A stretch of DNA of 64,000 nt from Haliotis rufescens (GCF_023055435.1 NW_025964001.1:35588001-35652000); one strand, 5' to 3'; positions 27,065-38,326 are shown, counted from the first letter of the stretch. Made by a program: numbers and translations. The notes: generated from the sequence alone by a model not told the origin.

Positions 27065-28454
27065 AATGTACGTAATGTTTACAAAACTTTTCTCAATACA
27101 TTTATTTAAAACAAAAGCCCCTCAAATGCACAGGCTTTCCTGATTTGCAAAAACACAAAGTGTACATTTTGAACGAACAATAAATCGGAAACCGGAAACG
27201 ATTAAACCATGCAAATAACAACTGAGGAAGAGCCGATATTAAGATCGGTAAGGTGTCTGCACATTTGGCGTATAATGTAAAATTGGAAGTCCTTGGTATC
27301 AGATCAACAACTATCCAGATGTAAGTCCTGATTATATCATAACCATTGTGGCATACATTACATACTGGACCACATTTACTGTCCCAAATTTACGGCGATA
27401 CCTAACATTTTATTTAATTAATGTTTAGTTCCTGTTTCGTTATCTCCTGCTGTATTCTCACTTATTCGGACCCCTGTTAAACCGGCCACACAGTAGCCCG
27501 GTTTAGACAAATTCCCTTACATAAAAGCGAAAAGAACGTTTTTGTAAATAAAAGCCACTCTTCCCTTCAAGAGCAACATATTTGCTTTTCTATTTTAAGA
27601 AAGCTTATGACTATGTAGTTAGAAATGCATTATTGGATAGAATATCATACGTTGGTGTTGGAGATTAACTGTTGAATGTCTTAATATCTCTATGTAAGGA
27701 TGTGTGCTTTTGCTTTAATGTGAATCCTGGTTTCAAACAGACATAAAGATGACTGTCACAAATACTCTTTTCTGTTGTAAATCACAGTCTTTGCTCGTAC
27801 CATCTTTTCTTGCTGAAAATGAGGACGAATTATGTCTGGTGTTGGATGCAGTTCAAAAATAGTATTGGAGAAGGAAGCGTAATATCAACAGGTTAAAGGT
27901 CAGAGGTTGTACATTTCAGAAACCGGTCCATAGTGCAGACGAAGTATGACTTAATGTTAGAAACAATGTTATAGGGTCAATGAAAAGCTATACCTATCGT
28001 GTTGTACTGTTTACAGAACATCCCGATTATACAGCAATGCAGGCGCAGCTACACAATCGAACAACATGACCCAAGGTTTACTTTTGATTGTATGGTCTCT
28101 CAGGCTTAAAGGTCAGACTTGAATGTCTGAACTGTTAATGCTGTTCAGAATAGGGCAATTAGATTTCTTTTTCTTTGGTCGGTGAAATATTTCCAAAATG
28201 TGATTTGAGATGGATATACAATGTTGTATGACAGTACATAATCATTTCTAGATATTGGTGACGTTTAATGTGTCAAATGGACTGAATATATAATGGATAA
28301 GAAACATACGAATAAAATTAACGATTTCAAAAAAGGAAAGTTGAAGAAAGGGTGTTTTATTGACTTTGAACATGTGTTGAATACACCTTAATGAATTGAC
28401 AAATTAATTTTGTCTTCTGAAACGAAGCGTGTTTGTATTTTATACGTACTTATG

Positions 28455-28883
28455 AGTACGGTCACGTGACCTGCGCATGCACGCGGGGGATGATGGGACC
28501 TGCGCGCGCATCCAAGATGGCGGCCCATCCGTTTCCGGTGGCGCGCGCCTCCAAGATGGCGTTGCATCCGTTTCCGATGGCGTGCGCCTCCAAGAGGACT
28601 GTACCTCCGTTTCCGGTGGCGTGCGCCTCCAAGAGGGCTGCGCATCCGTTTCCGGTGGCGCGCGCCTCCAAGAGGGCGTCGCCTCCGTTTCCGTGGGAGG
28701 AGGAGGAGGGAAGGGAAGGGGTAAAAAACCCAGAGAAGCGGTAGTAAAAGGTGAACAAGAAACGAGTTTTGTTGTTGTTGTTGTTCTAAACATAGAAAAG
28801 GCGGTGGTGGTGGAGGGAGGGAGGAGGAGGGAGGAGGAGTGATGGAGGGAGAATGAGGGAGGTGGGAGGGGAGTCGGGTTCTT
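28455..28883 (+). repeat. Left terminal inverted repeat (77-bp deletion after the terminal AGTA; five 39-bp GC-rich units)
   Basis: Reverse complement of 38327-38800, except for the deletion and the repeat-unit content. Confidence 0.9.
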
Positions 28884-29600
28884 CGTTTTGTTTTGTTTTG
28901 GCTGGTGTGTGGCGATGGCATGTTGAGATGATAGCTTACTGAGACGAGGTTATGATACACAGTCGACGACTCTGCCACTTTGTTGCTAGGTTGACGTCAT
29001 ATCGGCGAAGGATTTTGCAACAACATGTCACAAATCATGTCATCGGGTATGGTGATGTGTTTGTAAACTTTGAGGTGTAAGGTTTCGTTCCACAAGGCGA
29101 TCGTGTATTGTAGCCACTATGACAGTTGTTCGTCTTAGTTAAAAGTCGGTGAGTTGCGAATTTAAAGGTGCTAAAGGTGTTGCCTGAATTCTAAAGGTGA
29201 ATCGACAGGCACAGACATGAATGTGGTGTAGGAATGCAGGAAGCGCTCAGATGTCGATCTTGTTTTGTTTTTTTTGGTTTTTAACTGGGGTTGTGCATGA
29301 CAATTTCCAACCTAAAAAGACAACATAACACTACTATTTGTTCAACTTTTTTTTAATCCCCCGCTCACATGAACCAACACAACAAAACAAAATTTACAGG
29401 ATTAGGGGCGTCCCTGTGATTTTTGTGAACATGAACGTATGTACACGTATGTGAACGTATGTACAGTTTGAAAAAAAAGAACTTTTGCCACTTTGGTAGT
29501 GAACGTATGTACATTCCTAAAACGCAGTGAACGTATGTACACTCCTCAAACAGGAACGTTGACAGTCAGGTGATCGTAGGTTCAGTGAACAAGTGTCAGG

Positions 29601-30178
29601 TCAATAAGGGCAGAAAGGTTGATTCTTTTGATGAAGGGTACGCATCTGGGCACTCAGTCGAAAGGCTGGCATATCATTCACAGGAACGGAGGTAGACACT
29701 TTGGTATGAAACCATGCTAATACCGTGGCATCATTCTTGGCGGTGTCCTTCCAGTCCAACGTATCTGACACTTGATTAAAAGTCCACCCACGCACGCGAT
29801 ATGTCAACATGTAGAGACAGTACACGCCACACAACGTGCTGTATCCATGTTGTAAGGGGCGTGTATTCCATCGTTGTTGAATCTGACCCATGCGATTCAA
29901 TGTCTCTTTAAACAGGGGTAATGAATACAGTCCATAGCTATCCATCATTTCCACGGATCCAGGAACTGGACGATAGATGCTCACCCAGTGTGTGCCAGGT
30001 TGATCGCTTAAATCTGTGTTGACCACGTAGGCTTTTGGGTAAAGGGGTCATCTTGTTGCCACCCCAGTCTGGCAAAGTCATCTCTGGCCAGGGTGCCCCG
30101 GTAGATGGCATGAAGTGGTTCGTCATCAGCCACGAGGGCTTCTAAATCCAAGCTGCTCAACCCGAGTGGTTCATCCAT
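29601..30178 (-). pseudogene. Adenain-like cysteine protease (Polinton PRO)
   Basis: VNTD...PGTHWVSIY (His), MDSYG (Asp), LQ...STLCGVYC (Gln, Cys). The N-terminal part (MDEPLGLSS...) is in another frame, implying a frameshift near 30040. Confidence 0.85.
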
Positions 30179-30230
30179 GTTCCCTTGTAGGAGGAGAAAA
30201 GTGTGGCATGATCGTCTGTCGCTGCTCTTT

Positions 30231-31559
30231 TTATACCATCATCGCATTCCGGAAACGATCTATTTCCAGAACATTTTCGTACTCCTCAAAGCAGATGAGG
30301 GTGACTGGGTTCTCGAGAGCTTGTCCAAACTGGATTTCCAAACCCAGCTTGCCAGTGTGTCGAGGATAGTTAATGCCTTCATCAGCGCCAAGGTCTGGGG
30401 TGAGATCCACCACCCACAAGGTGTAACCCTGAGTAAAGGCATTAGGAGTCAGTTCACAGGTCTCAGGTTGCCATAGCTGCCCCATGTTTCGGAACAGACT
30501 CATGTAGATTTGTTTTAAACTGGCACTGTTGTTGCTGAAGTCACTTTTCATTTCCATCCCATGGACTTCCTGGCCATTGACTTTGAGCTTCATCATGGTG
30601 ACATGGTTGTGTTTGAAGTTGTATGGATTCTTCTCTTTGCTTCCTACATAGGCACTATTGTCCACCAGTCCCAGGACCACGCGTTTTGGTAATTGGCCAC
30701 CGATGAGCTGATCCTTGTGAAAGTCTCTACCATCTGTGGGGATGTCATGGGCTGTCACTCCCACACATGAAAGGGGATACTTGGCAGTCACCCCTGCATT
30801 CAGACTGGACACGTGCGCTTCTCGGACAGCAGGATCGATGTTGAGTTGACGAACATAGAATTCTGCTTTGGTCAGGGCTAGTTTGTAGACACCATCAGCA
30901 GCACACATGAAGAAGAACTCATCGGGACTTCATAGCAATTCCAGTTTCATAGGGACACCATCCAACAGATTGCGTTCTTGAAGAAACAGGTCACAGTGTA
31001 GACGTCCTGTCAGTTCCACTTCTTTGATGGGCACGATAAGATCACGTCGCGTTCTGACACCTGTGTTTCTTACGTTTGCAACTGCATCAGGATTGAAGGC
31101 GTCCATTTTACCAGCACTATTGGTGAACCATCCAGGACATTGAAGGTGAGATGTTTTGGCTCCTGTACCATAACTCAGAAGGGTTTCCAAGTAGGCTCTG
31201 TAAGGGTAAGTGCCCATGGTGGGCGTGATCTCCAACTGATTGTGTCCCACTTGCAGCCGCACTTCGCGAATCAGGGAATGCATCACATTGTTGACTGTCG
31301 ATACAGGGTTATCCGCTAGAACGGTATCTGTGCCATCATCTTTCGTCGCACGTAGACATACTCTCAGGTAGCACTGTTTCAAATCAATGTAAGCATTCAC
31401 GGGATTGGAAATGTTAAACTAGAGTGGTCCTGCCACAGAGGGTGGTGCCAAGGGACTATAGCGAATCCACTGACCCTCTTGCACCGAGGTGGACACAGGG
31501 GGTACAGTAAAGAGATCCAACTGGGCCTTTGAACATTCGCAAGCATCTCGGCGCATCAT
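30231..31559 (-). pseudogene. Major capsid protein (double jelly-roll, Polinton PY/hexon)
   Basis: ECSKAQLDLFTVPPVSTSV start; YPYRAYLETLLSYG, GRLHCDLFLQERNLLDGV, GQLPKRVVLGLV, NPYNFKH, DLTPD, YENVLEID. In-frame TAG at ~31420 and a frameshift at ~30925. Confidence 0.88.
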
Positions 31560-31634
31560 GATGATGGATATTCCTCCCTTTTCTCTGCCTTGAAGGACGT
31601 CTGGTCAGGTTAAAAGGCTGATGAGGACTGGCCT

Positions 31635-32012
31635 TTAAACCATTTTTCTTTTCCTTTTACACTGTTTCTGGTGGGTAATGGTGGTGGTTGGGACGACTTT
31701 ACGTCTTTTAGGGGGTCTCGGCTCCTCACGTTCCTCCAAGACATCCATCAGGGCTGCTGTGCCACGATGTTTCAGACTCTCTGACCATTTGCGTTTGCCT
31801 GCAACCACATCACTCACCAACCCAGGCAGGATCTTTTTACCCATCTTGAGCACCGATGTTCCGGCAGATTTAAGGAAAGGCAACGCCATCTTCAAGATAC
31901 CTCCGAGACCACTGCCACGTTGATGATATCGTCCTTTGTATACTTTGATGCCACTCCCATGCTGGCCAAACTGTCCTCGATTCATCTGGTGTGCCAATGC
32001 GTGTCCCAACAT
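31635..32012 (-). CDS. Small basic Polinton virion/core protein
   Basis: YKGRYHQRGSGLGGILKMALPFLK amphipathic motif of the kind found next to the MCP in Mavericks. K/R-rich C-terminus with NLS-like PPKRRKV; Gly-Gly adenain-type site LGG. Confidence 0.7.
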   Translation of the reverse strand: MLGHALAHQMNRGQFGQHGSGIKVYKGRYHQRGSGLGGILKMALPFLKSAGTSVLKMGKKILPGLVSDVVAGKRKWSESLKHRGTAALMDVLEEREEPRPPKRRKVVPTTTITHQKQCKRKRKMV

Positions 32013-32025
32013 GTTGCTTTTTGCT

Positions 32026-33070
32026 TTAGTAGCGGCGTCTGAAGTGAAGTGTCACGATGGCTTCCCCGATTTGAAATGCCACGGGTCGCCCCGTGTCGTC
32101 CATGATATAGAGTTTAATACCGTCAAAGGAACCATAACGCAGCCCGAGTGAGTGAATGTGCTGAGGGCTTTTAATCACCACACGTCTTGCATCATCTTCT
32201 TTGACACAGGCACGTAGATCAGCAAGTGAGCCATCGTATTGCCCACAATTTGATCTTCGACCAGGTTGGTGTAGATGTACACAGTATCAAATCCTGACAG
32301 ACGATGCGCTTTTGTATCACCTGTGATTTCTACATAGCCACTTGTCATTGGAGTAGCCCCCACTTGCCACTGGGCCAAGGCACTCAAGGGAACGGGCGTC
32401 TCTGTGTAGGTTTTATAGTCCTCCTCGCCGAGGATCGGTAGTTGAACAAATCCAAGCATTCTCAAGAGTGGACTTGGCATGATCACTTCCGTGGAATAGA
32501 GTGGTCCACCAGTATTTCCCATGAGAGGATGATTGATTGCTACTTCTTGAGGGGCTTGGAATCGCACCTTTCCATCTTCAAGCATGTCAAATCGAAGACT
32601 ATCTTTGGGATACATGACATCAATGACAAACCGTCTTCCATCACTTTGGACGCTGTCTGAGGGCTGTTCTTTCAAGACATCCGTAATATGTTCCTGAATC
32701 AAACGGTTGAGGGTTTTCACCAAATCTTCAGATGAATAGACGCCTTTCTCGATTGGAATCTTCTTGCTTTCGTAACAGACGATACCATACTGTGGCTGTG
32801 GTATAGCGCTCCCTGCGCTTTCATACACAAGGGTGTCTTTTTTCAGTTTGAGGTTCAGCGCAAACCAGTCAAAGGGTGGAGCGACGTTGTACCATGTCAT
32901 CGGAAAGTGAATTTCGCTGACGCCCACCTCCAACTGTTGGCGATCCAGATGCAGAGGATAAGGCAACTTGATTTCATACGCATTGACGGTGTTGTTTGGA
33001 TAGATGTCCATGGAGGCATCACTGGGCAGGGTCATGTAAAAGTCTTGTTTCGAAAAAAGGTGGCAGCCAT
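32026..33070 (-). pseudogene. Minor capsid protein (penton, Polinton PX)
   Basis: FYMTLPSDASMDIYPNNT...LEVGVSEIHFP.TWYNV and YIYTNLVEDQIVGNTMAHLL. After a frameshift at ~32180 it continues FDGIKLYIMDDTGRPVAFQIGEAIVTLHFRRRY*. Confidence 0.85.
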
Positions 33071-33081
33071 GATGACGTGAG

Positions 33082-33537
33082 TTAGGGTAGAAAACTCTGG
33101 GTGGATGAGGTATCAAGTTGAAGTCTTCTGGTGGGTGGGGTCGTCGTGGGTGTGCCTGGTGAGGCGGCAAAGGTGGGTGGTGGAAGTATGTATCCCAAAC
33201 AACTGGAGAGCAGGGCTGTCCACAACTGTTTCTCTCCGTGATCCAAGGCCAACTGTACCATGCTTATGATGATCACGCCATATATCACAATGATCTGAGC
33301 AAAAAACACGACTTCACTGCATGGTAAAGTCATGCCAAAACAACACCAAGGTGAGTGTCGGCGCTGGTGATGACGTGGTGCAGCAGCAAGGGGTGGTTCA
33401 TCGGTATGCTGAGAGGCTTCTCTGCAGGGGTGGTGACAGGGGGGGGTGGTTCTGTAATCGCGTGTGTCCACCCTCTGAATGAGTCTGAGAGACAGCATGC
33501 TCCTTAATTTATCTGTAAATGATCTGCAAGGATCCAC
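33082..33537 (-). CDS. Small two-TM membrane protein typical of Mavericks
   Basis: EVVFFAQIIVIYGVIIISMVQL...LWTALLSSCLGYILPPP. True start uncertain. Confidence 0.6.
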   Translation of the reverse strand: MDPCRSFTDKLRSMLSLRLIQRVDTRDYRTTPPCHHPCREASQHTDEPPLAAAPRHHQRRHSPWCCFGMTLPCSEVVFFAQIIVIYGVIIISMVQLALDHGEKQLWTALLSSCLGYILPPPTFAASPGTPTTTPPTRRLQLDTSSTQSFLP

Positions 33538-34670
33538 GAATTAAAACTGGCAGGGTAGCCAGTCCATTTCACCAAGACCTCTTCTTGACCCTGTTTTGGT
33601 CCTGGACGTCTTTTCAGCACGCGATCCACGGCATACACATCGTCTGCTTTCAAGATGGGTTGTATTTCTTCAGGGTAAAAGGTTCCTTGGAGGACTTCAC
33701 CATGATCATCTTTGATCCGGTACACAGGAGGTGTTCTCCCTGTCACCAACCGGTCCATCGTAAACAGTTCAGTGGTCCAATTGGGGAGATAACCTTTCTC
33801 AAAGGTGCCTTTGGTTTTGTTCAGACGTACACGGGTGCCCGGCAGTATAAGAGAGGGGGATCTTGTCTTGGGGGACGACAGTCTTTGTGTTGTTATTTTC
33901 TTTTTGCGCTGCAGCCGTTGTTGTTGTTGTTTTTCCTCCATGTAGTCTAACACCCGAATTTCTGACAGGGGATCTCCTGGGAGGACGTCCACAGGTCGCT
34001 GGCCAATGGTCCGATGCACACGACGCTTGTACGACTTGATCAACTGGGGTAAGACTTTCAAATAGTGTCTGGTCCCATGCTGTGTAAAGTATCGCCACAT
34101 TTTATTTTTCAGAGTCCTTTGAAACCGTTCCACCACGGCTGCATTCGTTTCAGGATTTTGACTTGTGTAGAAATGAATGCCATGCTTCGTCATGAGAGCC
34201 TGGAAAGGACGGTTGACAAATTCTCTGCCTTTGTCTGTTGCAATTGAGCAGGGATTCGACCTTTGGCTTGTTGCATCAGCAAGGTTTGAAAACCTTCGGT
34301 CAAAGCAGAACTGCTCTTGGCCTTCAGGGGTTGCACCCATGCCATCTTTTGAAAACACATCGATCACGCACAGCAGATATTTGAATCCTTGGTTGTCATC
34401 TTGAAAGGCAATCATATCACTCAAGTCTGCTTGCCACAGTTCATCGACCCCTCCCACACGATAGTGGTCTCTCGGAAAGGAGCGTCTGGCTGGTTTGTGC
34501 AAGGTGTAGGTACTTTTGGTTTGCAACCAACGCTTGATTTGACTTTGCGATGGTATGGTTTTCTTCTTGCTTTTACTGGTTCTTGCATCTTAAGCGTGGA
34601 TGCGTGCTGCTTTCCACAAAGGTCGCCAGCCTCCAAAACTTTTTTTTCTTAGGTGGTGCTAAAGGGTATC
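33504..34670 (-). pseudogene. Retroviral-like c-integrase with C-terminal chromodomain
   Basis: SFGG...WLQTKSTYTLHKPARR, WQADLSDM, YLLCVIDVFSK, TDKGREF, AVVERFQRTLK, FEKGYLPNWT.E.F, FYPEEIQ, and a chromodomain (VLVKWTGYPASFNSWI). N-terminal TAA at ~34590 and two compensating internal frameshifts. Confidence 0.92.
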
Positions 34671-34709
34671 CATGAACCTCGCCTGTTGATGAATCTGTCC
34701 TGTTTGGTA

Positions 34710-35513
34710 TCAGATGGAGTCGGGGTCATCAACCATGGGGTTGGCATCACATCTTTTTCTTCTTCTTATGCTTATGGATCCAGCTGCCGCCTCCTTCTTC
34801 TTCTTCTCTCTTTGTGACTTTGTGGGGAGAACGTGGGGTGGGGGAACTGGGTTATGGGTGTTTTTGGTCGGGCGTGAGGATGTTGTTGTTGTTGTTGCTG
34901 CTGCTTCTGCGTCCATTGCCATCGTTGAGGATATCAATCATTTCATGAGGGACATGACTTTTGGCCAAATGGTGACCCAAAATGGTCAAACCTGCAGGCC
35001 CCTCTTTGGTTTTCCAGTGACGCACTAAATCGTTTATCAAGTCCACCATGTGTGTGCCAGGGACGGGTTTCCCTTCCACGTTCAGGGTTCCCACTGGAGT
35101 CCAACTCAAGTCGGGATTGTTTTGAATCCTTGTCATCAAATTCATGGCTTTACTGGAACACTCATGACCACTTCGTCTATCACTTGTTGAGGAGGGGCAG
35201 GTCTACCTGTGGTGTCCATCATTGAGGGTGATGGTGGTGGTATTGGTAGCGTCACTTTGGGTAGTAGTGGTTTGATGGCGTTGTTGTTGCTGTTGTTGTT
35301 GTTGTTGTGCTGTTGGCGCTGCAACTCTAGCATGCGTTGCAGCAGTTGGTTGTATTCTTGTTCCTGCATGTGAAAAGGCTGCTGTGACCTCTGCATCAAC
35401 CCGTCCATCTCTTCCAAATTTTGAAGACGTTTCTTTTCCAAGAGAGGGATGTGAAGTGTCTGACTTTGCCATGTGTCTTCAAGCACCAACACCATTTTGC
35501 GTGCGTACTTCAT
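34710..35513 (-). pseudogene. Conserved Maverick protein of unknown function (frameshifted)
   Basis: MKYARKMVLV start, a coiled-coil/Q-N-rich middle, then LSWTPVGTLNVEGKPVPGTHMVDLINDLVRH in another frame. Confidence 0.6.
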
Positions 35514-35562
35514 GGTGGCACACCACACACTGATCCCAACCTTCCTGGTGTCAGACCATTTA

Positions 35563-35893
35563 TTACTTTCCTCCAAACAAGGAGGCTAGGGCAGAACCAA
35601 TAAGAGGGATGAGTCCTCCTAATAATCCTCCTCCATGTTGAAGAAGTTTATGTTTCTTGCTTAGAGGTACTTGTTTTTTACATGAGCGTGTTCAAGACTT
35701 TACCGTGTCGTTGCAAGTTTTGACGTTGAGTCGTGGTCATGGGAATATTGCCTGCATACAAGTTCACCACACATTCACAAAGGGCATGGATGAGATCAGT
35801 GGGAGCATGTTTGAGAATGGCTTTCCGCATAGCTGGAGCAGCAGCACACAAATGACACAGAGTGTGTTTCTGTTTCCTGAGGCACTGAGACAT
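35563..35893 (-). pseudogene. Conserved small Maverick virion protein with an adenain-type LQHGG/G site (frameshift ~35680)
   Basis: RKAILKHAPTDLIHALCECVVNLYAGNIP...LQRH, then in the shifted frame KQVPLSKKHKLLQHGGGLLGGLIPLIGSALASLFGGK*. Confidence 0.7.
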
Positions 35894-35953
35894 CTTTCCT
35901 GCATGGAGGTGTTAGCCTGAATGAGGCACCTGATCTGCAACTTCTCTCTTTTA

Positions 35954-36102
35954 TCAGGCAGTGGCAGGAGGGAGTTGCAACTGTTGATCTGCCTTCTTGG
36001 ACTTTCTTTGGGTCCGCATGTGCACCAATCGTCTGAGAGCATCAGCTTGATACGCATTCATGAGATTTTCATGGGCCTTTACTTTTGGCTTAGTAGACGT
36101 CG

Positions 36103-36133
<31 letters not shown>

Positions 36134-36884
36134 AAGTCGGTGGCGCCTGGTGTTACCCTGTTTGAGGAGTGGTGCTTGAAGATAGTGTTGCCATTGCAAC
36201 AGAATGCGTGTCAAGACCCCTGCAAGTGTTCCACTACCACTACGTTGTATCAGGTAGCCAAGACGTTCATCCATAGGCAGCCGTGGATCGACAATTTTAG
36301 TCAGGATGTCATTATGTCTCTGCAACCACGTCTTATGTTGAGCTTTCAATGGGATGTGCCCTGCTCTCAGGTTTCGCACAACAATCGCAAACCACTGCAA
36401 AAGACGATTTCTTCCTTTGACGGCAAGGGTTGTCGCATCCCTTGTCGGAAAAATAGATGGTCTCTTGTCTTTTTTCTTCTTCTTTCGTGGGGACTCCTGC
36501 TGCTGCAGACGTTGAAAGCGTTGAAGATCGAGTGGGGGCGAGGGTGCAGATGAGAAAGGGTGTTGTTGTTGTTCCTGACGATGCTTGTTCAAGGGTACCA
36601 TTGAAGAGTAAGATGGCCCTGCATTGAAGATCATGTGGTGGCCAGGGTGGCGAGGGTGCTGATGATGTTGAAGGACGTGGTGGTGGCTGCTGCTGACGAT
36701 GCATGTTCACTGGTACCATTGAAGAGGGAGACGATCCTGGTGGTGAAGGAGTCTTGTGAAATGCAGAGGTCACAAGTCCCTGTAGCGATGAGGGGGAGAC
36801 CATACTGTCATAGACATCATTCATCATCTCTTTGTCTTTGTTCTTTCCCTTCGTAGGATGAGCCTGTTTCCGTCTTTGCCCCAT
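35954..36884 (-). pseudogene. Low-complexity basic protein containing a paralogue of the adjacent virion protein
   Basis: Two overlapping ORFs (36333-36884 and 35954-36634) joined across an internal ~120-bp repeat (SSMVPVNMHRQ / SSMVPLNKHRQ). Contains NLRAGHIP...LQRH...LIQRSGSGTLAG. Confidence 0.5.
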
Positions 36885-36949
36885 GATGGATGTAGGACAA
36901 CTGAAGGAAGGTCTGGGAGTTCACCTGCTTTTATGAAAGTCTCTCCATC

Positions 36950-37654
36950 TCATAGGATTGGCACATACACGTGGGGAAATTCGGATCTCGAAAACAGGCG
37001 GGCATGTATGCGATGGTTTTGCAACGTGGTGGGCTTCAAATCCAAGAACAGGTAAGTGTAAGGCCCTCGGGTGGCGTCTTCATAGGCTTCACGCAGAAAA
37101 GGAACTTTGCCTGGAAACACCTGGCGAGCCAGACTGTCGATCTGCGATGCATCTCTCGGATTTTTAAAGAGAACCATGTAGTGAGCATTCAGACTGATGG
37201 TGCGATGTTGCGGCGATTGAGCAAACAAGTTCTGAGTGAGATACAGCACGGATGTACTTCGGTGATGACTTTTCTTGGTGAACCATCGCAGCACTTCCAT
37301 TTCTTCTTCTTTTGGATTGTCCCCAAGCAAATCATCGATTACCAGCCAATGCGGGGCCACCCCTTTTTCAGGTAAGGCACGATCCGCTTCTTTTATGCTC
37401 TGCACAAACTCAAGAGCGACCCCTAAGCGGTCTGCCATCTCTTCCAGCTCATGATGAAGCGGTTGCCATTCACTGTACACCCACACGATGCGATGGTGTG
37501 GCGTATCCAACACCTTGGGGCAATGCATCTGTTCCATACATGATTTCACAAAGGAACTTTTTCCTGATCCCGTGGGTCCCGCAATGAACATCATAAAAGG
37601 ATGGCGTAGGGTCAAAGGGGTGGTCATGACCTCTTCATCATCATGTGATGCCAT
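36950..37654 (-). CDS. A32/FtsK-like DNA packaging ATPase (Polinton ATP)
   Basis: Walker A AGPTGSGKS, Walker B WLVIDD, SHHRSTSVLYLTQNLF, RTISLNAHYMVLFKNPRD, YLFLDL. Frame intact. Confidence 0.93.
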   Translation of the reverse strand: MASHDDEEVMTTPLTLRHPFMMFIAGPTGSGKSSFVKSCMEQMHCPKVLDTPHHRIVWVYSEWQPLHHELEEMADRLGVALEFVQSIKEADRALPEKGVAPHWLVIDDLLGDNPKEEEMEVLRWFTKKSHHRSTSVLYLTQNLFAQSPQHRTISLNAHYMVLFKNPRDASQIDSLARQVFPGKVPFLREAYEDATRGPYTYLFLDLKPTTLQNHRIHARLFSRSEFPHVYVPIL

Positions 37655-37844
37655 CCTGTGTTCTGGCTGACTGACACCAGGCAACTGATCCTTTCAAGCA
37701 TGACCTTTCTCTTTTATCTATTTTTTTTCCCTCTCTCTCCCATGACCCATACAATTTCTTATGAAAAAGATACACAACGGCCAGTCCGATTTAGAAAACC
37801 GGGCTCAGACCAGGTGTCAGAATGGACTCCTCAGCATGATGTGT

Positions 37845-37895
37845 TTTCGACCAATCAGGAAGCAGGGTGTCAGTGCCTCTCCTATAAAAAGAGTG
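37845..37895 (+). promoter_or_regulatory. Candidate Pol II promoter (CCAAT box + TATA box) inside the Maverick
   Basis: CCAATCAG at 37851 and CTATAAAAAG at 37882, ~60 bp upstream of ACCATG at 37943. Confidence 0.5.
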
Positions 37896-37942
37896 AAGCC
37901 ACGCACATCGTCACAGTCCGAGCACTGAAGGAGAGATCAACC

Positions 37943-38203
37943 ATGTCGTCTCGATGCAGCTGTCTGACGTGCCAGACGAACAGTCAACAATGCCTGCGGA
38001 GGAGGAAAGTCTATTCATGGACAATAGTCGGCTACCCACGGGGTGAATCGGAGACGATCCTATCGCAGAGCCAACACTGGTTTAAGAACAAGTCTGAGGC
38101 TATGGCAGCATTACGACAAACTATTCAACGCGGAATTGACATACCCAATTGTTGGGGTGGTCCGTATTATTATCTAGTATCGGGATCAAGGAAAGTAATG
38201 TAA
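37943..38203 (+). CDS. Small Cys-containing orphan protein (86 aa), divergently oriented in the Maverick
   Basis: Open frame MSSRCSCLTCQ...NCWGGPYYYLVSGSRKVM* downstream of CCAAT/TATA. No recognisable family. Confidence 0.5.
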   Translation: MSSRCSCLTCQTNSQQCLRRRKVYSWTIVGYPRGESETILSQSQHWFKNKSEAMAALRQTIQRGIDIPNCWGGPYYYLVSGSRKVM

Positions 38204-38326
38204 TCAAGAAGACAACCCTTGTCCAGCTTGTTTCCAGTTTGTTTTCCAACGGCCCTTTTCAGGGCCACCCATCTCTCCTGAAAGAACGCTTTCATCCTTT
38301 GCTTTGACGACCCTCAAACCCAAACA

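Noticed and set aside
28388-28978. Multiple overlapping ORFs (LGGARHRKR repeats), also 38425-38862
   Set aside because: Read-through of GC-rich 39-bp TIR repeats, which are open in several frames on both strands.
28890-29140. Possible polymerase remnant beside the left TIR
   Set aside because: Short interrupted frames with no PolB exonuclease or palm motifs.
35921-36553. 210-aa plus-strand ORF with poly-Cys
   Set aside because: Antisense to the Maverick gene; the poly-Cys comes from a (TGT)n repeat.
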